DNA of 64,000 bases from an uncultured Gammaproteobacteria bacterium (GTDB lineage: Bacteria > Patescibacteriota > Patescibacteriia > Patescibacteriales > GWC2-42-12): positions 12,112 through 76,111 of the forward strand of contig CAZLKB010000004.1 of NCBI GenBank assembly GCA_964560005.1, given 5' to 3'. Every line of letters starts with the position of its first letter. Positions within the stretch are counted from its first letter, which is position 1. Of the stretch, positions 18,228-26,831 are shown piece by piece. Below the pieces are notes generated by a model, which ran no database searches, was not told the DNA's origin, and saw only the letters and a program-made list of their open reading frames with translations. The position numbers and the translations under genes are program-made.

Positions 18228-18437
18228 AGATTTTAGATTATAAATTTTATAGTGAAAATTTTAACTTTGCTACAAATGTTCAATTTACACTTGTCCCGAG
18301 CATAGCGAGGGGCTACCCGGGAAAATTATGATTACTGATTTACTTTTCAATAATAAATATCTGCCGACAGGCAGTATTAACATATTAAATAATAATATGA
18401 CTTTAGTCAACCCTTCACGCTTTAAAAAAACTAAACA

Positions 18438-18464
18438 TTGACAAAGAGGCTAATTCATTATAGT
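18438..18464 (+). promoter_or_regulatory. Candidate sigma-70-type promoter for 18579..19646
   Basis: TTGACA (18438-18443), a 15-nt spacer, then TATAGT (18459-18464). The spacer is shorter than optimal. Confidence 0.3.
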
Positions 18465-18578
18465 TTATTACTTAACCTCGTCAATATGCTAATAACCGCC
18501 TAACCGAGCAATTGACTCGCATTTTAAAAATTCAAAACAAACCAAAATCGTCTAAAACAATCAACCAAAGGATTAGTC

Positions 18579-19646
18579 ATGGATTATTTACCCAAAGGCC
18601 AAGCCGTAGTAGAAAGAGATCGAAACAACCGAGTTATCAGAGTAATTGCCGTCTGGCAAGGGAAAAAAATTCCTTTTGTTCAGATCGCCAATAAAAAAGT
18701 TATCAGGGAAGATCACTTAAACCTCTTAAAACCGCTTATACCGGCCGCCCACTACCGGAAAATATACCGCCAGGTCTGTTCAGTTTTCGCGGATAACCAA
18801 ACCAAGACCGAAGACCTGTATTGGCTGGTACGAGACTTAAACCATTGCGGTGTTTTCCTAAATGGAGGGGGTAGATTGGAAGTCACCCGCTGGGACAAAG
18901 AGGCCGGCCAAAGACCGAAACTGGTTCGGCAAAAAGTTAAAGATCTTGACTCGGCAATCCGCATGCAGGGTCATATAATTGATCGATACTCAATCAGCCG
19001 CGAGAGAAGCCTCGGCGAACTGGACCAGCTCGAAAGTATTGATTTGGTAATCACCGAGGCCAACCAGGTACTACAAAATTGGCGATACGCCCAAGCTGGA
19101 GAAAAAGAAAGGCTCCAAAAACGACTGGCTGGCGTAGTGCTCCAGCTGGAAAAATGCCGTAACGAGTTCAAGGTGGCGGCCAGGGTTCAAGCGAAAAAAA
19201 TTATTCCGCTAAAAGACAGCTTGGGCAGACCCAATCCGGGCGCTTTTGCCGCCAGAACCATCGCGGCGTTAAACGACCTGACCGAGAGGATAAAGGAGTT
19301 GAATATAATCATGCCCTATATCGCCATGAGAAAACAACTCTTAATTCTAGCTGACCGATGGTTAAAATCAAAATTCAGACAAGCCTACGGCATTATCACT
19401 CTAATCGCGAGACACCGGGTATTTAAGGACGGGACGATCGCCGGGCATGAAGCGAAAATCATCGGGCAAAAGATCGATCAAGCCGTTGCTTTGCTAAACA
19501 GCGCGGTAATCACGCCGTACTTTGAGAGAGCCCGAGAAGCTCAGGCCGAGCTAAGATCGGCGAAAAAATCACTGCAAGAAAAAAACTACAGATCTTGCGG
19601 GCAAAAACTAAAACTCGCTCTGGAAAATTTAGCCGACGCGGCCTAA
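18579..19646 (+). CDS. Hypothetical, predominantly helical protein with no recognised family
   Basis: 355-aa ORF. It is the only plus-strand gene in the first 23 kb. It has its own candidate promoter and a clear terminator. Confidence 0.6.
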   Translation: MDYLPKGQAVVERDRNNRVIRVIAVWQGKKIPFVQIANKKVIREDHLNLLKPLIPAAHYRKIYRQVCSVFADNQTKTEDLYWLVRDLNHCGVFLNGGGRLEVTRWDKEAGQRPKLVRQKVKDLDSAIRMQGHIIDRYSISRERSLGELDQLESIDLVITEANQVLQNWRYAQAGEKERLQKRLAGVVLQLEKCRNEFKVAARVQAKKIIPLKDSLGRPNPGAFAARTIAALNDLTERIKELNIIMPYIAMRKQLLILADRWLKSKFRQAYGIITLIARHRVFKDGTIAGHEAKIIGQKIDQAVALLNSAVITPYFERAREAQAELRSAKKSLQEKNYRSCGQKLKLALENLADAA

Positions 19647-19665
19647 TGCGCTTTTAAAGCCACAA

Positions 19666-19700
19666 AACCCCAGCCTAACTAAAGGCCGGGGTTATTTTTT
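19666..19700 (+). terminator. Rho-independent terminator
   Basis: AACCCCAGCC (19666-19675) pairs with GGCCGGGGTT (19684-19693), followed by a T run (19695-19700). Confidence 0.7.
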
Positions 19701-19847
19701 AAATAATTTTAGTGGTAATGCCTTAATTTATTGGCCTGATTTACTCTTCAATCTCCCGTCAAATCCCGCTTATTTGATCTAAACTTAATTTCCTGCCTAA
19801 TAACAAAGTTATGCTTTATTGAAAATTAAATCAATTGGAAATTGTTT

Positions 19848-19877
19848 GTCCGCCAAAGGCGGATCCGCCTCTGGCGG
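19848..19877. repeat. Twin abutting GC hairpins: TCCGCC-nnn-GGCGGA, twice
   Basis: TCCGCCAAAGGCGGA (19848-19862) is immediately followed by TCCGCCTCTGGCGGA (19863-19877). Confidence 0.8.
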
Positions 19878-19907
19878 AAAAATTGAGAATTGAAAATTGA
19901 AAATTTT

Positions 19908-21179
19908 TTATTGGTAATCCCTCAATTTTTTAATACCGGCATGCTTCTGAATCCGCTCTATGGCCTTAGCCTCAATCTGCCTAATACGCTCGCGGGTAAC
20001 ATCAAATTCCCGACCGACTTCTTCTAGTGTATGAGCCACCCCGTCAACCAAACCGAAGCGCAATTCCAATATTTTCTGCTCGCGCGGAGTTAATTCGGCA
20101 ATCACCGCTTTGACATAATCTTTTAGAAGCTGCAAAGCGGCCGAACGATCCGGCGTGACATTTTTTATATCTTCAATAAAGTCCTCCAAAGTTGAATCTT
20201 CATCATCTTCGCCGATGGTAGTTTCTAAAGATATGGTTTCTTGGGATATTTTTATAACATGCCTGACTTTTTCAATATCTTCGCCCATCTCCGAAGCGAT
20301 TTCCTCGGGCAAGGGTTCGCGGCCCAGATCCTGAATCAACTGCCTTTGCACCTGCTGAAATTTATTTATGGTTTCCACCATATGCACCGGAATTCTTATG
20401 GTCCGGGACTGGTCGGCCAGCGCCCGCGTAATCGCCTGCCTGATCCACCAGGTGGCGTAAGTGGAAAATTTATAGCCTTTGCGGTATTCAAACTTCTCCA
20501 CCGCCCGAAACAAGCCGATGTTGCCTTCCTGGATTAAATCCAGCAGGCTCAAGCCTTTAGAGCCGGTAAACTTCTTAGCTATGCTTACCACTAGGCGCAA
20601 ATTAGCTTCAATAATCTTTTTCTCCGCTTCTTTATCGCCTTTTTCCTTGCGCTTGGCTAATTCAATCTCTTCGGCGCTGGATAAGAGCGGCACTTTGCCG
20701 ATTTCCCTTAAGTACATCTGGATGGAATCGGCGCTTAATTCGGAAATATCAAATTTTTTCTTTTCATTAAAACCGATTATTTGCGAAGTTTTCTTTTTGA
20801 TATCGTCGCCGGTGCCTAAAAATCCGCCCGTGTCCTCTATTATCTGAATGCCGTTTTTTTGCAATTCTTCCAAGGTTAATTCATAATCATAGATATATTC
20901 TTCAACTTCGGGAAAGATATGAAGTAATTCAGTCTCGGTGATAAAACCGCGCGACCGGCCTTTAACGATTAAATTTTTCACCATCTCTTCGGTCGGCTTG
21001 ACAACTAGATGCTCTACCGGCGGCTTGACCGTTTTTTTTATCTCTTTCTTGAATTTTGCCTTTTTGATATATCTTTTAAAATTTTTCTTTTTAAATTTAA
21101 TCTTCTTTTTAAATTTCAGCGCCGGCTGGTACTTTCTTAGCTTGGATTTAATATTATTTTTTTTAATTTTTTTCGCCAT
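19908..21179 (-). CDS. rpoD: Primary RNA polymerase sigma factor RpoD with a Lys-rich N-terminal extension
   Basis: 423 aa. Region 2 reads [39 protein letters not shown]. Region 4 reads [33 protein letters not shown]. Confidence 0.95.
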   Translation of the reverse strand: MAKKIKKNNIKSKLRKYQPALKFKKKIKFKKKNFKRYIKKAKFKKEIKKTVKPPVEHLVVKPTEEMVKNLIVKGRSRGFITETELLHIFPEVEEYIYDYELTLEELQKNGIQIIEDTGGFLGTGDDIKKKTSQIIGFNEKKKFDISELSADSIQMYLREIGKVPLLSSAEEIELAKRKEKGDKEAEKKIIEANLRLVVSIAKKFTGSKGLSLLDLIQEGNIGLFRAVEKFEYRKGYKFSTYATWWIRQAITRALADQSRTIRIPVHMVETINKFQQVQRQLIQDLGREPLPEEIASEMGEDIEKVRHVIKISQETISLETTIGEDDEDSTLEDFIEDIKNVTPDRSAALQLLKDYVKAVIAELTPREQKILELRFGLVDGVAHTLEEVGREFDVTRERIRQIEAKAIERIQKHAGIKKLRDYQ

Positions 21180-21197
21180 ATTTAAAATTATTTTGAC

Positions 21198-23222
21198 TTA
21201 TTTTACGCCTAGCAAATTAATTTCCTCGGTTAAGGCCTTAAACTCCCGCATCAGCGCCATCAGTTTCTCGGTTTTCTCCGCTACCGGCAGGTTTTCTTTT
21301 TCGGCGGAAGCGATTAATTTAATAATTTGATAACGGCGCTTGCTTAAATGGTTCATCTTTAAAGCAGCCACTAAATTTATTATTTCCGTTTTAGCCTGTT
21401 CTGCCGTGTAGTCGTAAAAATCTTTATCAGCTAAAAGAACCAGCCTGTCTAATAAGCTGGCGCACCGATAGTTATCTCCGCTGTTAGTAATTTCATTATT
21501 ATCTTGATTATCTGATTCTAAATTCTCAGGATTATTAAACCAATCCTTTAAATTCTGATAATTTATAGTTAAATCAAAGCCTCCCCCCTCGTGAGTCCAT
21601 AAATCAATAAGCTTATTATAATAAATAATTAAATTTTTGTAAAGTAATTTATAATCATCCCCGGTCTTAGGCAGGCCTACCGAACCGGGCGAAGCCGAAG
21701 TAGCCAATTCGTCCGGCGTTAGATGATTAATAATATACTCCAAATGCGTCGGATATCTTAGCGCCAGCGCCAAGAGCAACTCGGATAACTTAGCCTCCCG
21801 AGTCTGTTTTAAATCTTTAAATACTTGCCCGGGCTGTCCGCCCGATTTAGCTCCCCCGGCCGGCGGCTCGTGCTTTTTCTCCTCTGCCCGACGACCCAAA
21901 GAAATCATTTCATTTAATTTCTCCCTTAATAAATTTTCATTAATATCAACTTCTTGGCTTAATTTTTTGAGCCAAAAATCCTGTTCAATTTTTGAACCGA
22001 ATTTAACGATTATTGATAAGAGTACATCAATGCTTTGGCGCTGGCCTTCATAATCGTTTTTATTGAATTTTACGAAGGTCTTGTCAAAATAATATTGCAT
22101 CATGGGCTTGGCGGTTTCTACCGCCCTCCGCCAGGCTTCCGGATTATTTTTAATGCACTCGTCAGGGTCTTTGGCTCCCTTTATCTCAATTACCTTAATC
22201 TGCATTTCTGCCCGCATGGCCTGGGCGATGCCGCGTTCGGCCGCCAAATCGCCGGCTTTGTCCATGTCAAATGCCAAATATAAATTATTGGAATATCTTT
22301 TAATCAAACCAACCTGCTCGCCGGTTAGCGCCGTGCCCGAAGAAGCGATCACATTATTAAAACCGTTTTGGTGAGCGGTGATAGCATCCATCTGGCCTTC
22401 AACCAAGATCGCCGCGTCCTCGGCCTTGATAGGCATCTTGGCTTTATCCAGGCCGAATAAAATTCTTGATTTATCATAAATCATAGTCGCCGGCGTATTG
22501 ATATACTTGCCCATTTTTTCTTCCGCTTCCTTTTCCGGCGAAACGCGCGCGGTAAAACCGACGGCATTACCGCTGATATCGCAAATGGGAAACATGATTC
22601 TACCTCTAAAACGATCGTAAAAACCCGCTCGCCCCGAGCCTGCCTGCCGTGAGCTTGCCGAACCGGCTGAAGGATCTTTCTTGATCGACAAGCCGGCCAA
22701 AAAAATTTCATTTTCGCCGAAACCCTTGCCCTTTAAAAAATTAACCAAAGTCTCCCAGGCGTTCGGGCTATAGCCTAACTGCCAGGCCTCAATCGTGGCT
22801 TCGGTCAAGGCTCGCTGTTTTAAATACGCCCGCGCCGACTCTGCCGCCGGGCTGTCTAAGAGCACTTTATGATAAAATTTAGCCGCTAACTCCACAATAT
22901 CCATTAAAACATTTCTCTTGGAGGCCAGCACCGGGTCGGCCTTTTTCAAAACTACATTGGCCTTCTTGGCCAAGAGCCTTAAAACTTCAATGAAGCTCAG
23001 ACTTTCTATTTCCATGACAAAAGAAAAAATATCGCCACCCTTGCCGCAGCCGAAACAATGCCAGATTTGCTTTTCCGGGCTGACCATAAAAGACGGGCTT
23101 TTTTCCCGATGAAACGGGCAATTAGCGCGAAAATTCAAACCAGCCGCTTTAAGCGGAATATATTCGCGGATAATTTCCACGATATCCAGTTTGGCTTTTA
23201 TTTCATCTGACGGATTGGGCAT
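21198..23222 (-). CDS. dnaG: DNA primase DnaG
   Basis: Zinc ribbon CPFHREKSPSFMVSPEKQIWHCFGCGKGGD plus TOPRIM block ILVEGQMD. The ORF track starts at 23249, but the first 9 codons lie in the palindromic repeat, so I place the start at the ATG at 23220-23222 (MPNPSDEIK). Confidence 0.9.
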   Translation of the reverse strand: MPNPSDEIKAKLDIVEIIREYIPLKAAGLNFRANCPFHREKSPSFMVSPEKQIWHCFGCGKGGDIFSFVMEIESLSFIEVLRLLAKKANVVLKKADPVLASKRNVLMDIVELAAKFYHKVLLDSPAAESARAYLKQRALTEATIEAWQLGYSPNAWETLVNFLKGKGFGENEIFLAGLSIKKDPSAGSASSRQAGSGRAGFYDRFRGRIMFPICDISGNAVGFTARVSPEKEAEEKMGKYINTPATMIYDKSRILFGLDKAKMPIKAEDAAILVEGQMDAITAHQNGFNNVIASSGTALTGEQVGLIKRYSNNLYLAFDMDKAGDLAAERGIAQAMRAEMQIKVIEIKGAKDPDECIKNNPEAWRRAVETAKPMMQYYFDKTFVKFNKNDYEGQRQSIDVLLSIIVKFGSKIEQDFWLKKLSQEVDINENLLREKLNEMISLGRRAEEKKHEPPAGGAKSGGQPGQVFKDLKQTREAKLSELLLALALRYPTHLEYIINHLTPDELATSASPGSVGLPKTGDDYKLLYKNLIIYYNKLIDLWTHEGGGFDLTINYQNLKDWFNNPENLESDNQDNNEITNSGDNYRCASLLDRLVLLADKDFYDYTAEQAKTEIINLVAALKMNHLSKRRYQIIKLIASAEKENLPVAEKTEKLMALMREFKALTEEINLLGVK

Positions 23223-23233
23223 GATAAAAGTTA

Positions 23234-23464
23234 AAAATGTAAATCTCAAAATGTAAAATTAGAAATTCTAAATCTTAATATCCCTGCCTGCCGGCAGGCA
23301 GGTAAACCCTAAACAAATCCAAAATCATAAATCCAAATATTTTAAACAAAATTTAATTTTTTAAATTTAAAATTTCGGTCATTTGAATTTGTTTAGAATT
23401 TAGGATTTAGATATTAGAATTTTAAATTTTGCATTGTCATTTTACATTTTGAGATTTACATTTT
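23234..23464. repeat. 231-nt imperfect palindrome with perfect 26-nt terminal arms (AT-word family A)
   Basis: AAAATGTAAATCTCAAAATGTAAAAT (23234-23259) is the exact reverse complement of 23439-23464. The interior is also roughly self-complementary and contains the 20-nt GC palindrome CCTGCCTGCCGGCAGGCAGG (23283-23302). Confidence 0.9.
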
Positions 23465-23496
23465 ACATTATTTGTAAATTTTACAATTACCAATTT

Positions 23497-23811
23497 TTAG
23501 GCTCTAAAACTCGTTGGTACAAAACTTTTTATCCTGGCCATCTCGCTCTCCACCAACTCCCCGTCGTATTCGGCGTTATGGGCGTGCGCCCCTTCGTAGC
23601 TCGCCTGTTTTTGATCCAAATGCAAATTAAAAACTATCTGGCCGTTTTGCTGTTCAAGGTAAAGGTGAAATCTGGGGTAAAACCCCCGGTTAAGCCGGCG
23701 TACAAAGCTCTCCTGTCCGGTATTTCTGTCTACCAAATATGCATAACCGGCTTGCCTTAACAGATTTTCCGGCGCTTGATCTAAAATATTTTCATCTAAT
23801 ATTAGCTTCAT
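23497..23811 (-). CDS. Hypothetical 104-aa protein
   Basis: ORF MKLILDENILDQAPENLLRQAGYAYLV...RFHLYLEQQNGQIVFNLHLDQK. I recognised no family. Confidence 0.5.
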   Translation of the reverse strand: MKLILDENILDQAPENLLRQAGYAYLVDRNTGQESFVRRLNRGFYPRFHLYLEQQNGQIVFNLHLDQKQASYEGAHAHNAEYDGELVESEMARIKSFVPTSFRA

Positions 23812-23886
23812 AATTTGAACGATTAGGTTATCTCTTAGTTATTTTATCATAGTTTAAAAATTAAATTAGGTCAAAGACGGAAAATT

Positions 23887-24654
23887 ATGGTAAAATTAGT
23901 ATATATGTTTAATGTCTACTTATCTACCATAATTAGCGTTTTAATCGTTTCCTTCCTCTCGCTCATCGGTATTTTTATTTTGACGATTAGACAAAATAGT
24001 TTAAACAAGCTTACCATACTTTTAGTAAGCTTGTCTGCCGGCACTTTGCTCGGCGACAGCTTCCTTCATCTGATTCCCGAAGCGGTGGAAAAAAATAACG
24101 GCTCGGCGACCTGGCTTTGGCTCTTAGCCGGAATTTTATTCTTCTTTATTTTGGAAAAAGTAATTCATTGGCGCCATTGCCATCTGCCGACCACCGAGGA
24201 GCACCCTCATCCTTTCGGCTTGATGAATTTAGTCGGCGACGGCCTGCATAATTTTTTAGACGGCATTGTCATCGCCGGGTCATTTTTAGTTGACCTGAAT
24301 TTAGGCATGGCCACCACCATCGCCGTTATCGCCCATGAAATCCCTCAAGAAATAAGCGACTTCGGCGTTCTGCTCCACGCCGGCTTTAGCCGGATAAAAG
24401 CTTTGCTTTTAAATTTATTCTCCGCCAGCCTAGCTATTTTCGGCGCGCTCCTGGCTTTATCTATCGGCGGACGAACGGATAGTTTTACGGAATTCATCAT
24501 CCCCTTTACAGCCGGCAATTTTATCTATATCGCCACTTCCGACTTGTTCCCGGAACTGAAAAAAGACTGCACCAAACTGCATCAAGCATTCTTACAGCTG
24601 GCCAGCATAATTATCGGCATCGGCATCATGCTGGCGCTAAAAAAACTAGGTTAA
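23887..24654 (+). CDS. ZIP-family divalent metal (zinc) transporter
   Basis: 255-aa polytopic protein with the ZIP signature HEIPQEISDFGVLL and a His-rich loop HWRHCHLPTTEEHPHP. Confidence 0.8.
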   Translation: MVKLVYMFNVYLSTIISVLIVSFLSLIGIFILTIRQNSLNKLTILLVSLSAGTLLGDSFLHLIPEAVEKNNGSATWLWLLAGILFFFILEKVIHWRHCHLPTTEEHPHPFGLMNLVGDGLHNFLDGIVIAGSFLVDLNLGMATTIAVIAHEIPQEISDFGVLLHAGFSRIKALLLNLFSASLAIFGALLALSIGGRTDSFTEFIIPFTAGNFIYIATSDLFPELKKDCTKLHQAFLQLASIIIGIGIMLALKKLG

Positions 24655-24720
24655 TATGCTATCAATATGTATTGCGCCGGTTAATTAACCGGCGATACAA
24701 TTAATTATTAATAATTTTCT

Positions 24721-25113
24721 ATGCCGCATCTAAGCAGCTCATATTACAGAATTTGGATATTCATTATCGGTATTATCGCTACCATCGCCTACCGAGCGGT
24801 TATAATTTTAAATAATTACAGCCAACTTTGGGTGGAGGTCGCCTGGTATATCGGCACTATCGGTTTTATTTGGTATTTCGGCCATCGCTTCAGAGTAGAA
24901 AACCGCCGCGATCAGCTGATTGAAAAGCTTGAACTGATTAATAAAATCGAGGCCGGCCAATCTTTAAAGGCCGGGGATAAAGAGGCTCTGCTCTATGTTT
25001 TAAAGAGCCTGGAAACCAGCCTGGCCAAGTGGAACTATATCGCCATCTTCATTTTTTCCGGTCTGGCTATGGCTTACGCGATTTATGCTGATATTTCGGC
25101 CTTCATTAAATAG
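24721..25113 (+). CDS. Small membrane protein, function unknown
   Basis: 130-aa ORF with 3 hydrophobic helices. Confidence 0.5.
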   Translation: MPHLSSSYYRIWIFIIGIIATIAYRAVIILNNYSQLWVEVAWYIGTIGFIWYFGHRFRVENRRDQLIEKLELINKIEAGQSLKAGDKEALLYVLKSLETSLAKWNYIAIFIFSGLAMAYAIYADISAFIK

Positions 25114-25130
25114 CAAAATCAATTAAACAT

Positions 25131-25164
25131 AAAACACTTCAGTTAGAAATTGAAGTGTTTTTTA
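25131..25164. terminator. Bidirectional terminator between convergent genes
   Basis: AAACACTTCA (25132-25141) pairs with TGAAGTGTTT (25151-25160), followed by a T run. Confidence 0.7.
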
Positions 25165-25179
25165 TAATTTAATCCTGTG

Positions 25180-25515
25180 CTAATTAAGCGATAATAAAGC
25201 CACGGCGAGAAATGCTAAAATTATTCCGATTATGCCAATAACGGTTAATTTTTCTCCAAAAATTAAAACCCCGATTAAAACCGTGGCTAGCAAGCTCATC
25301 ACCGACCAGATTGCGCCCACGATTGATAACTGATTTTTCTGTAAAATCGCCGGCAACCAGGCCAAAACTCCTAAAGAATATACAACTAAAATAATTACCA
25401 CCATGGTCGCTCTGGGATTAAGCGCAAATTTTTTTGATAAAAATTCTCCGCCGGCGAACAACAGGCCGGATAAAGCCAGCCAAATTAAATAATTTATTGA
25501 TAAAAGAAATTTCAT
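25180..25515 (-). CDS. 4-TM SMR/DMT-superfamily small membrane transporter-like protein
   Basis: 111 aa with four hydrophobic helices. Its size and pattern resemble the EamA-half/SMR-type proteins. Confidence 0.45.
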   Translation of the reverse strand: MKFLLSINYLIWLALSGLLFAGGEFLSKKFALNPRATMVVIILVVYSLGVLAWLPAILQKNQLSIVGAIWSVMSLLATVLIGVLIFGEKLTVIGIIGIILAFLAVALLSLN

Positions 25516-25964
25516 AATTTTTTTACTATTTCCTCAATGCTCTTTAACCTGCTGTCCATCTCATGGATCTCGCGCTTGACTTTTTCGTTTTCTTTCAACT
25601 CCACTTCAACTTCATCCTCGGTTTTTTCAACTATCTTCTTTTCTTTCTTCAGCCCGGAAATAATAATTTCATTGCCGATAAAGCTGGTGACAAATAGGCC
25701 GACGACTAGCAATAAACTAGCTCCGATTAATATGGATAACGGCCCGTCCCACCAGGGCAGTTGAGGCTGGCTGGTGCTGGTAACGCTGTCGCTAACGGTA
25801 AAAAACAAACTCATGACATAATCCGCCGTATGCCAAAGGCCGCGCCAAAAAAGAATTATGCCGGTACCGCCGATAAAGGCATAAATAATCGGATAGTGGC
25901 TTAACTTGCCCCGAGCCTTATCTTCCAGCCGGTCGCCAAGGTTGTAAATTTTTTTATAAAGCAT
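25512..25964 (-). CDS. Membrane protein with a C-terminal charged coiled-coil, function unknown
   Basis: 150-aa ORF with 2 TM helices and a tail KKEKKIVEKTEDEVEVELKENEKVKREIHEMDSRLKSIEEIVKKL. It overlaps the next gene by 4 nt. Confidence 0.5.
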   Translation of the reverse strand: MLYKKIYNLGDRLEDKARGKLSHYPIIYAFIGGTGIILFWRGLWHTADYVMSLFFTVSDSVTSTSQPQLPWWDGPLSILIGASLLLVVGLFVTSFIGNEIIISGLKKEKKIVEKTEDEVEVELKENEKVKREIHEMDSRLKSIEEIVKKL

Positions 25965-25986
25965 AGTTATTTATTAATCCTGACTT

Positions 25987-26098
25987 GCGGAGAGTGAGGG
26001 ATTCGGCCTCGGCTCTCGCCTCGCCTTCGCTCGGCTCGGTCTGGCCACCGCCTCGCGGTTTTGCCAGCTGGCAAAACTCGCTCCGGCGTTCGAATCCC
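25987..26098. other. Unassigned GC-rich structured element next to tRNA-Ser (decayed tRNA or unknown RNA/repeat)
   Basis: The ends GGGATTCG (25998-26005) and CGAATCCC (26091-26098) are inverted repeats. TTTTGCCAGCTGGCAAAA (26059-26076) is a perfect 18-nt palindrome. 25987-26005 resembles the reverse complement of a class-II tRNA 3' end. Confidence 0.4.
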
Positions 26099-26109
26099 TT
26101 TTCAAATAA

Positions 26110-26150
26110 AAATATTTTTTGTTAAGCAAGAAGCTTAACAAAAAATATTT
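26110..26150. terminator. Hairpin with a perfect 18-bp stem directly after tRNA-Ser
   Basis: AAATATTTTTTGTTAAGC, a 5-nt loop (aagaa), then GCTTAACAAAAAATATTT. Checked base by base. Confidence 0.7.
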
Positions 26151-26154
26151 AATG

Positions 26155-26241
26155 CGGAAGAGGAGGGATTCGAACCCTCGAAGGCTTTTACACCTTACAT
26201 GCTTTCCAAGCATGCGCCATCGACCACTAGGCGACTCTTCC
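26155..26241 (-). tRNA. tRNA-Ser (anticodon GGA), class II with a long variable arm
   Basis: Hand-folded: acceptor GGAAGAG/CTCTTCC, anticodon stem CATGC/GCATG with loop TTGGAAA, T arm GAGGG-TTCGAAT-CCCTC, discriminator G. 87 nt. Confidence 0.9.
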
Positions 26242-26247
26242 GAAAAT

Positions 26248-26823
26248 TTATACCGCGCCCATTTTCCTCAGCTCACTGTACAGCTGGCTTAAGGGAAACC
26301 CGACTACAACATAATAGTCGCCGCTAACGCTTTCTATTAAGGTCGCGCCTTGGTCTGTCATGTTGTAAGCGCCAGCCGCATCCAGAGGTCTGCCGGTTGC
26401 TACATATTCCTCTATTTCCCGATCATCTAAATTCCTGAATTTTATAATTGCTTCTCCGGTTTTTTTAACAATCTTATCGTTTCTTGTATCAATAATGGCT
26501 AGGCCGGTGATAACTTTATGGCTTTTACCGGAGAAATTTTTTAAAAAATTTCTCGCTTCATCTTTGTCTTTAGGTTTGCCGATAAGCTTACCCTCTAAAA
26601 TCGTAAAAGTGTCCGCTCCGATTACTAGCGCATCTCCGTAATTTTTTGCCACGGCTTCAGCTTTTTTAAAAGCCAATAATTTAGCCAATTCATACGGATC
26701 GGTTGCGGCATTCATATCTTCATCGTAGCTGCTTTCTACCACTTCAAATTCTAACCCTAACTGCTCTAAAAGTTTTTTGCGCCTAGGCGATCTTGAGGCC
26801 AAAACTATTTTTCGCTTTTGCAT
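26248..26823 (-). CDS. maf: Maf-like nucleoside-triphosphate pyrophosphatase
   Basis: 191 aa. It has the family blocks IVLASRSPRRKKLLEQLGL.FEV and GKPKD...GAY. Confidence 0.85.
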   Translation of the reverse strand: MQKRKIVLASRSPRRKKLLEQLGLEFEVVESSYDEDMNAATDPYELAKLLAFKKAEAVAKNYGDALVIGADTFTILEGKLIGKPKDKDEARNFLKNFSGKSHKVITGLAIIDTRNDKIVKKTGEAIIKFRNLDDREIEEYVATGRPLDAAGAYNMTDQGATLIESVSGDYYVVVGFPLSQLYSELRKMGAV

Positions 26824-26831
26824 AATTAAAC

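Noticed and set aside
23221-23480. AT-rich repeated words as a CRISPR array (also 54566-54700, 58804-58923, 61399-61517 and 62941-63065)
   Set aside because: There is no regular repeat-spacer periodicity. The copies are in inverted, not direct, orientation, and each locus has only two arms. No cas genes are present in the window.
25987-26098. Functional tRNA, tRNA-Sec or tmRNA end next to tRNA-Ser
   Set aside because: Only the 3' acceptor/T-arm-like end is recognisable. The T loop is non-canonical (CCGAATC). No matching 5' acceptor strand or anticodon arm could be folded. I kept it as an unassigned element.
25974-26213. 79-aa minus-strand ORF in the ORF track
   Set aside because: It is made entirely of tRNA-Ser, its terminator palindrome and the GC-rich element. 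The translation is low-complexity Arg/Ser/Ala, so this is not a gene.
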